Below are positions 55,630 to 64,000 of a stretch of DNA of 64,000 bases, piece by piece. Source of the DNA: Antedon mediterranea. Its lineage: Eukaryota; Animalia; Echinodermata. The notes beneath the pieces were generated by a model. The model searched no databases, was not told where the DNA came from, and saw nothing but the letters and a program-made list of their open reading frames with translations. The stretch lies in NCBI RefSeq assembly GCF_964355755.1, contig NC_092674.1, positions 10,106,001 through 10,170,000 of the forward strand, written 5' to 3'. The position numbers were made by a program, and so were the translations under genes. Positions within the stretch are counted from its first letter, which is position 1; every line of letters starts with the position of its first letter.

Positions 55630-56250
55630 TTTCCACAAACAATTTCATCTCAATGCACTGTGGATGGATACTGTATCCTTCTCTCCTAAATCATGTCAGT
55701 GTTGGCGGCGCTATTCCGTCTGTCCACAACAGTGGCTGCTTGAGCTAGTACATGGTGGTAACTCCCACTCGTCTCTGTGTACTCTAGAAATGCACATGAG
55801 CATGTTGTGTACATTGGACCTATGGTTTATGGTTTTAGGAAAGACCATTGAGGAACCCTTGCCATAAGGCTATTGAATAGTGGTGGAAACAAAATCAGCG
55901 CACCTCCGAAAAGACATTGATATCCTAGAGAAAGTTGAAAACTATGCTATCAAACTAATTCCTGAATTTCCTTCCATCTGAAGTTACGTTGATCATCAAA
56001 CTTGGGATTAGAAAAATACCGACATCCGACGTATCTAATACAAGAGGTCACTTAGGATACGCAGGAAATGATTTAATACTACTCTTCGTTCATCTTTTTT
56101 TAATTCTTAAATTGTCAATCTCCGGAACTCCTTGCCAAACAATGTAATTCTTAGTATTTCTAACACTTAAAACTTTAAAAACAACTACGACAAACTTATA
56201 AGAGAGGAGGCAGCTCCTACGAGTTATAACTCATTGCCTCCTTAATATCA
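55630..56250 (+). mobile_element. Highly decayed CR1-like LINE 3' remnant
   Basis: Residual peptide HLRKDIDILEKVENYAIKLIP near 55900, typical of the CR1 ORF2 C-terminus. Confidence 0.5.
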
Positions 56251-59204
56251 CTAAGAAATCATGTGCAGAACTACTATTTGTTGTGACACGTAAACTCTCT
56301 TTCTATTATGGACATTTTTTAACACTATTGTTGATTATAGCAATTGGAGAACTCTAGGTTATAGCAGCGTTAGTGTAAAAATAGGTAGGCTAAACATGGA
56401 GGAAAGTAACCTCTATGTACTCCCTAGGCACATTGGGCTATGCCAGCAGGAGGCAAGAAGAGTGTGCATCCAGCAATGTGGCAGAGAGTTCCAGGTTAGA
56501 AGAAAAGGTAACTATAGGTGATAACTAATCTATAATATAATAGAATATAACAAGAATGATAGCATAAAGTAAAGCTCACCATATAGCAGGTTATGTCCAG
56601 GTTAAGGCATGATTTTTAGTCCTTGACTTCCTACCATCATGACATGGAGTAAATGATGCTACCTTTGGTCATGGTACTTTTCCACTTGGTTGCTCCATGC
56701 TTCAATTAACACAAAACAAAAGAAGTTTAAACAATAGAACATGTGATGCTTGTTTGTTTTTTCTTTACACTTTTTCAAATAATTCAGCAAGAAGTAGAAG
56801 TTAAAATTAACCATCAAGAATTATAACAGAGAAATACAAAATAATTTACTCAAAATGAGTCAATATTTACAAAAATCAAAAAGTGTTCCATCCAGGAATA
56901 ATTGATTAAAAAAAACAATATTATTATAAAAACACTTCTAAAACTGAATAATTTTTTGAAGACTATCTGGCAGGCCTAAATTTCATCAGACGATCGATGT
57001 ATCACATATGCAAATGAATGTGACCTAACTTGGCAAATTTCATCAGGTGATCAGACATGTATCACATATGCAAAATGAGGCAAAAACTTTTAATTCAAGC
57101 CATAGTACTGGTGTAAATAACTAACTTACCATGAATTCATCCAATTTGAGTGGTTTGGAACTAGAAATACAATAGGTACAAAGAATCGATGTTGACAATA
57201 GAAATGGATTTGAAAAATCATTTAACAATACAAAAACATTTAAAAATTGAATGAGACCTATTTCGGCAACTCCATCCATCAGGTGATCTTGTGGTATATA
57301 TCACATATGCAAATGAAATAAACAACTTGCCATGAATTTGCATTTGATGGGAGTGGTTTGGAGCTACAATGTACCAAAGATTTTGTTAAACAGCTTAACC
57401 AGAACTCTTTTATGATGAGTACAGGCATGGATTGAACTTTGTGATCTGATACAAACAGCTCCAACTTAGATACAGGTTTTAATCATGGCACATTTCTTCC
57501 ACGAATATAATTCGTGGAAGAAGAAATGTACGTAAAAGAAGCAATTCAACCTTTTTTATTTGCATTTCAGTTGCAGTACTTCAACAGTGAAATGGAATTT
57601 TAACTTCTGAGAGTGTTGGTAGTTCTGGATTTAATCTATTTATTTGACCCATTTCTATTTCATTCCCACTTTTGAACTGAAGATAAGGTAACTTTAATTT
57701 TCTCCTTTTGTAGAAAAAAAAATCTCCCGATACCAATTCTGGCTACAGACTTGAACCCATCCTTTGGGAAAATATGGTTCAACTGTATCGCAGGTAAATA
57801 AGCATTGTAGACAGGGGCACCGCATAAAAGAGCCATGATATTGCTGGTAGTTCAGTTCACTCTCAACCAAGCACAAACTCCGATTGTCGACAATTGTTGG
57901 TAAGCTTTCTCATACATACAGTATATACAGTACATTTTTTCATGTGAGGTTAAGCAAAAATTACTGATTATATTAAATTTTTATTTTTAAAGGCATTATG
58001 CAAATTGAATTGTGGTTACACAACTTGAAAAAGAATACCATTTAAACTTTCTTTTTCCACCTTTGCAATTTTATTTGTTCAATATTTTAGATATTTTTTA
58101 ACCTATTTTTCTTAAATATAGTAAATTTGTGATCAAATTAAAATTTAGAGATAATTAAGTGTAAAATAAAGAAAATCAAATTCTCATTCAACTATTTGGA
58201 ATCAAATACTGTGAAATATTTATCTGTTGAACTATTTTTATAACTGGAATAAACATTAAAAACCAAAATTAAAATTGAACAGATTTTTCTTCTCCATTGA
58301 TCATTTTTTTCTTATTTATTACTTTTTTCTATTTACTATCAATGAGGAGAAAAATATTTATTTTTAAACACTAGAATCACTAATTGTATCAGAGAATATT
58401 TCAAAGCTTAGTTGAAGACTTGGTACGGTTTATTAATCTAAAAAATCTCAAAATCACCTCCAAAATTTTTTTTATTAAAGTTCTTTCATAAACTCCCATT
58501 CTCTCTTTAAATCTTTGATACAATTAATTAATTCAAATATATTTTTTTTAAATGTATCAATATCTTTCATGACTATATTTAATGGAAGAAATTATCATTA
58601 GGAATCTTTTCTGCATGCTATTATATATTTGGTTTGAAATCACATTTGTGCGCATGACTTCATTTAGGACATGTAGTGGAAACAAATCGTCCAGACTAGT
58701 CAATCTATTCTCAGGTGGGCTGTAAAAATTAAAACCAGTATCATCAAGCATGTATTACAGATTATGATTTGCGTCATTGCAGACAATATTTTATCAGCAG
58801 GCAGGCTAGTAAAATCTGTTACATGACCTGTAGTAATAAACTTTATAACTCGGGACCTGCTTCTTTTGCATAATGCCAAAGAACATGAAAACAGGTTTAA
58901 CAATAAATGTATACACACACCAAATTTCCACTGAATTTATGGTTATATATCACAAAAACCCTTTAAATCAGTAAGTGGTCTTTGACTAAAGTTTCACTAC
59001 CTAAAATATGCCGCAATCAAGCAGCCAAAGATCTAGGGTAGTATAGTTTATCCACGCGAGAGCGATAACCTATTCAAATTTTTATTTTAAACCAGTTTTG
59101 TGAAATTTCTTCTTGAAGTTTCTTCTTGATGTAAATAAATTAATCAGTACAACATTTAACCGGTTATTTGGTCGTTGGTTTCTCATAAATATCTTGGAAG
59201 TACC

Positions 59205-59262
59205 TTAGTCTTCACCACCATTAAGAGTAGCAATATCAAACCTGGTCACCCGTGACTTGAGC
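59205..59262 (-). CDS. RAD50: RAD50 last coding exon (LKSRVTRFDIATLNGGED*)
   Basis: Polypyrimidine tract and CAG acceptor; phase 2 fits the previous exon; stop at the expected distance. Confidence 0.75.
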
Positions 59263-59950
59263 CTGAACAAGAAGAAACAAGTAAATATTTAACAAACATA
59301 ATAAATTACAAACTTTATAGTTCTATTTACAAATTCACATACTATAAATAAACAATTTCATGCAATTATTTTTTCTCTTAATTATTATATATTAAGGACC
59401 ACATTAATTAAAGTTGTTGTGTTAACCCTTGAATCTTTTATGTCTTCATTTCTTCTTTTTATTTGTATTTATTAAAGATAAAAAAGAAAAAATCATTCTT
59501 AAAACAATTTTTGTTGAATATACCATTTTAATGTCACATGATATTTATCCTCTTTGACCAAAAATTAGATCGAAAACAACATTTATTTACCTGGGTTTTT
59601 GGTTGAAGTTTATTTATTTTGTGAAAACATTATATTTTGTTTTTTACAAAGTAACCTATTCAAAGTCTGTTTAATTAATCTTCATGTTTCATGTTTGGGG
59701 GCCAATACATGTTTAATGTTTAAGATAAACATATATTTATTTTATATTGATGAATTTGATCCTATGATTATATTGAGTTGTTTTGCCGCGGCCCCAGTTC
59801 TTTATTAAAAAGGATTATCTGGAGCATTTACATATATAAATTTACTGTATCTGAGATGCAAAAATACAAGCACACATAAAGCTACAAGAAACAGTTTAGA
59901 CATCATCTACCAAATAATTTTTCACAATGAAATATGGAGACATAGCTTAC

Positions 59951-60079
59951 TCTGCGTTTTTTCGAACACGATAGTAATAGTCAACATAATCTGAATGTCC
60001 TAAAAGTTCAACGAACTCTTCATCATGGGTGATAACAATCAGTTGGAAATTCTTCTGTCCGTGTCTGTTCTCAATTATG
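59951..60079 (-). CDS. RAD50: RAD50 exon ([27 protein letters not shown]...)
   Basis: H-loop motif [11 protein letters not shown]; AG/GTAAG boundaries; phase 2 to 2. Confidence 0.96.
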
Positions 60080-60433
60080 CTAGAGTACAAATAAAGTTTA
60101 ATACATTTTACTACAATCATTTTAAGTTACAAAGTTTGTGGTACAACAAGTATATTAGTTCTGAAAAGAACTGTTGAGTTTCTCGACATATGCTTTGATC
60201 GTCCTCAGGAGCGAGAATCTCATATAATCTAATATACGTAGTGTACCACAAACTTTATATCAACATTTGATTTCGCCATGCAAACCTTCAAACAATATAT
60301 AATCATTGTGCAAGTTACAGTAAGACCCTAAAGTATGTCCCAATGGATGGGTTTCCATAATGAAGTGGTGGCTGTCATGTGATTAGACACTGGTAACCTA
60401 CTCTTTCAAAAAGATGCACTGTGAAACACCCAC

Positions 60434-60567
60434 CTGACAAGGGCACATGCTAGGCTCTCAACGTTCGGTCTATCCAAGTTGGTTGTCGGTTCATCTAGGG
60501 CTAGGATACCACAATTCAAGCAAAAGGTCTCAGCAAGAGCTAACCGTATCACAAGGGATGCAAGTAC
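60434..60567 (-). CDS. RAD50: RAD50 exon ([32 protein letters not shown]...)
   Basis: Walker B / D-loop [11 protein letters not shown]; phase 0 to 2. Confidence 0.97.
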
Positions 60568-60749
60568 CTAGAAAATAATAGATTTACCAATTTAAGTACT
60601 TCAATTCTACAAATTCTGGATTTACTACTTTCTCGCGTTTGAAGTAAAAAGATTTATATTTTGTACTAGTAAGATGTTGTTACTTCTGATAATAATTTGC
60701 ATGCCTAATAATTTGCATGCCTAATAATTGAAATATTTTGTACATCAAC

Positions 60750-61058
60750 AGTTGTATAAATTTTATCCTTTTTATGTTACCTCAGTACCATTCCGCAGTA
60801 ATTTTGTACACAGTTTAACATTTTTATAAATTTTATCCTTTTTTTGTTACCTCAGTACCATACCGCAGTAATGTTGTACACAGTTTAACAGTTGTATAAA
60901 TTTTATCCTTTTTTTGTTACCTTAGTACCATTTCGCAGTAATTTTGTACACAGTTTAACATTTTTATAAATTAAATCCTTTTTATGTTACCTCAGTACCA
61001 TTCCGCAGTAATTTTGTACACAGTTTAACATTTTTAACCGTACCGCAGTAATTTTGTA
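60750..61058. repeat. ~70-bp minisatellite x4 in a RAD50 intron
   Basis: Unit ATAAATTTTATCCTTTTTATGTTACCTCAGTACCATTCCGCAGTAATTTTGTACACAGTTTAACA. Confidence 0.92.
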
Positions 61059-61674
61059 TTTTTATGTAACTATTTGAAAATTTTATTTTTGACAGAAGGT
61101 GTTAATTACAAACAAAACATACAAAATGATTGCGTTTTTTGTTCTTTTTTATCTGGCTTCGAAATAAATCAAATCAAAATATGTATACAAAAGTCAGCTC
61201 TCTTCTCTACCATGGTTCATCTAACCCAGCGTGCTATACTTGACAGGCTAATGCATGAGATACACATATGAGCTGTAATCATTTTGGATTTGTTGCTGTA
61301 GGCACATCTAATCAAAAATGACTTAGTTAGATGATGAGTACTACTTAGATGTAAACACAGAAGACAAGTTGGATTAAGCTATTTATGAGGCATTACACTA
61401 TGTTTGAATCAAAATCAATTACAAAGTGGAGGAGATAAAAAAGAGAGGAAAAAAGAATCTTCAATGAAGCGCGGCGAAACACATTACACCAGTTCGTGTG
61501 TGCTCCCGATACTAATTTTGAGTAAATTTGCTCCCAACTGGTAAAAATGGTGTACGAAAGAATAACAAAATTAATATTTTAGGTTGTTTTTGACGAATTG
61601 AAATTTGTTTATCTTTGTATACATTGGAAGGCTAAGACCAATACATTTTTAAATTCATTGTTTGTTATTTTTCC

Positions 61675-62320
61675 TAGATTATGGGAGCAACTTCCCAATG
61701 AAATTAAACAATGTACTACTATTTCAGACTTTAAAGCCCAACTCACCAAACATTTGATCTCAAAATATTAATTTGTAATTGTTTATATTGTTTATTCAAT
61801 GCAGCTTATTTTTAATTTGTGTATCCCATTATAACTTTGTTTTGTTTTGTTTTTACTTAATTTGTACTACTTAGTTTTGTTATTTTTGTATTTTATAATA
61901 ATGATGGAGTAAGAGTGAGTGGCCGAGCGGTTAAGACAGTGGAACCGTAATCACGTAGCCATAACATCGGCAGGGGTTCGAGGCTCACTCACTCCATGGT
62001 TCTGGTGGTAGAACGAGTCTTCTCGGATAAGGACTATAAACCGTAGGTCCAGTGTACACAACTTGCTCGTGTGCACTTTAAAGAACCTAGTACATCTTTC
62101 GAGACGAGTAGGGGGTTACCCCGGTGTACTAGTACATCACAGCCACTGATCACCAACTGGGCCCTCTGGGAGATCAGTCTTTGACTGAAGAGGTCACCCA
62201 GTATAAAGATAAAACAAACAAAAACAAAGAGCAGTTTTCTGTTTGGGCTCATGCCTATTACTTGCTCCTGGCAAGATGAATTTTGCCAAATAAATATTAT
62301 TTTTATTATTATTATTATAT
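61675..62320 (+). mobile_element. 3' fragment of a CR1-group LINE interrupted by a SINE
   Basis: Peptide RLWEQLPNEIKQCTTISDFKAQLTKHL then a T-rich UTR; AAATAAA(TAT)n tail at about 62288-62318. Confidence 0.55.
61906..62228 (+). mobile_element. tRNA-headed SINE with a Deu/Nin-like central domain
   Basis: A box TGGCCGAGCGG, B box GGTTCGAGGC; central TCGGATAAGGACTATAAACCGTAGGTCC...TTAAAGAACC...GAGTAGGGGGTTACCCCGGTGT; (AAAC)n tail. Confidence 0.8.
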
Positions 62321-62790
62321 GTTTTGTATATGCATGTACTATCCGAAATACGGGAAAAGAATGAATGAATAACATTTGCCTAGTAGTGGTAAGCAAGGGA
62401 TAGACATTAAAAACATTAAACAAGAGTAAACAGGAAGGGGTATACTTTGTAAATTTGATTGCTAAAATGTACAATACTGTATATTTGGCTTTTTGTATTT
62501 ACCCTACAGTACTGTAGATTCAATATAAATCACTCACAATCAAATGTAAAGCGTGATTTATATATTAACTTTAATTATTTGAGCAATCTTTGTAATTCTT
62601 AAGACACAACAAAGTGTCCTCTTAATAGAGGTGTCCCCTGAACATTGGTTGTATTTGTTTGTTTGTTTGTTTGGTAATATTTATTTGACCAATAATAAGC
62701 ATAATTATGTAGTGGTAAAACATTACACTTCAAGAAATTGTACTCTGAATAGAGATGTTCTAAAGTAATTGGTAAACTTGTATGACCAAC

Positions 62791-62933
62791 CTTTTGACCT
62801 GCACTACAGCGCCCTCTCATGTCAAGTTGTATTGATCCTTTTATGAGTACAACTCTGTACTTGTACTGTCTTCGTAAACTACTAGCTGTACTAGTATCAT
62901 CTTCATCTGCTTGTATCTCTATGTAGTCAATAT
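62791..62933 (-). CDS. RAD50: RAD50 exon ([12 protein letters not shown]...[22 protein letters not shown])
   Basis: ABC signature [10 protein letters not shown] diagnostic of RAD50; CAG acceptor and GT donor; upstream exons lie beyond the window. Confidence 0.97.
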
Positions 62934-63013
62934 CTGTTGAGGCAATCATAAAAGAAACTTTAGACAGAATTACTGGCCAAGGTATAACCTTTTGCCTAGA
63001 AAATCTCAAAAAA

Positions 63014-64000
63014 TTACACACGCCTGGACTTCAACACGGGCACCTTGTATGGTGTGTGCTCCGGTGTGTGTAAACTCCAAAGTTTACACACGCCTGGGCT
63101 TCAACACGGGCACCTTGTATGGTGTGTGCTCCGGTGTGTGTAAACTCCAAAGTTTACACACGCCTGGGCTTCAACACAGGCACCTTGTATGGTGTGCGCT
63201 CCGGTGTGTGTAAACTCCAGAGTTACACACGCCTGTGCTTCAACACGGGCACCTTGTATGGTGTGCACTCCGGTGTGTGTAAACTCCAGAGTTACACACG
63301 CCTGTGCTTCAACACGGGCACCTTGTATGGTGTGAGCTCCGGTGTGTGTAAACTCCAAAGTTTACACACGCCTGGGCTTCAACACGGGCACCTTGTATGG
63401 TGTGCAATCCGGTGTGTGTAAACTCCAAAGTTTACACACGCCTGGGCTTCAACACGGGCACCTTGTATGGTGTGCGCTCCGGTGTGTGTAAACTCCAGAG
63501 TTACAAACGCCTGTGCTTCAACACGGGCACCTTGTATGGTGTGAGCTCCGGTGTGTGTAAACTCCAAAGTTTACACATGCCTGGGCTTCAACACGGGCAC
63601 CTTGTATGGTGTGCAATCCGGTGTGTGTAAACTCCAAAGTTTACACACGCCTGGGCTTCAACAGGGGCACCTTGTATGGTGTGCAATCCAGTGTGTGTAA
63701 ACTCCAAAGTTTACACACGCCTGGGCTTCAACACGGGCACCTTGTATGGTGTGCAATCCAGTGTGTGTAAACTCCAAAGTTACACACGCCTGTGCTTCAA
63801 CACGGGCACCTTGTATGGTGTGCAATCCGGTGTGTGTAAACTCCAAAGTTTACACACGCCTGGGCTTCAACACGGGCACCTTGTATGGTGTGCAATCCGG
63901 TGTGTGTAAACTCCAAAGTTTACACACGCCTGGGCTTCAACACGGGCACCTTGTATGGTGTGCAATCCAGTGTGTGTAAACTCCAAAGTTTACACACGCC
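63014..64000. repeat. GC-rich 69/70-bp tandem repeat, at least 14 copies, in a RAD50 intron; runs off the window
   Basis: Unit TTACACACGCCTGGGCTTCAACACGGGCACCTTGTATGGTGTGCAATCCGGTGTGTGTAAACTCCAAAGT. Confidence 0.97.

Noticed and set aside
62992-63979. Multiple repetitive ORFs / CRISPR-like array
   Set aside because: Translations of a tandem repeat; no unique spacers, no cas genes, eukaryotic intron

Overview
AT-rich, intron-rich animal genomic DNA, inferred to be from an invertebrate deuterostome (DeuSINE-like and 5S-derived SINEs, L2/CR1 LINEs). Most ORFs in the supplied track are spurious. The + strand holds an ARHGAP6-like RhoGAP gene: 8 shared coding exons at 24615-54033 (761 codons plus stop), one GC-AG intron and a C-terminal ETLV PDZ-binding motif. 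Upstream lie several short ATG-initiated exons ending in phase-0 donors. Two of them are apparent paralogues (MFPWIQYPMEE / MFPWVWYPNEEE), suggesting an array of duplicated alternative first exons. The - strand holds the last four coding exons of RAD50 (62933-59205), convergent with the RhoGAP gene. Introns and flanks carry non-autonomous DNA transposons (PIF/Harbinger, hAT, Tc2-like, Kolobok-like, piggyBac-like, Helentron/HINE), LINE remnants, tRNA- and 5S-derived SINEs, TIR-only mini-palindromes with TSDs, and tandem repeats. All family assignments come from motif recognition by eye, not from database searches.
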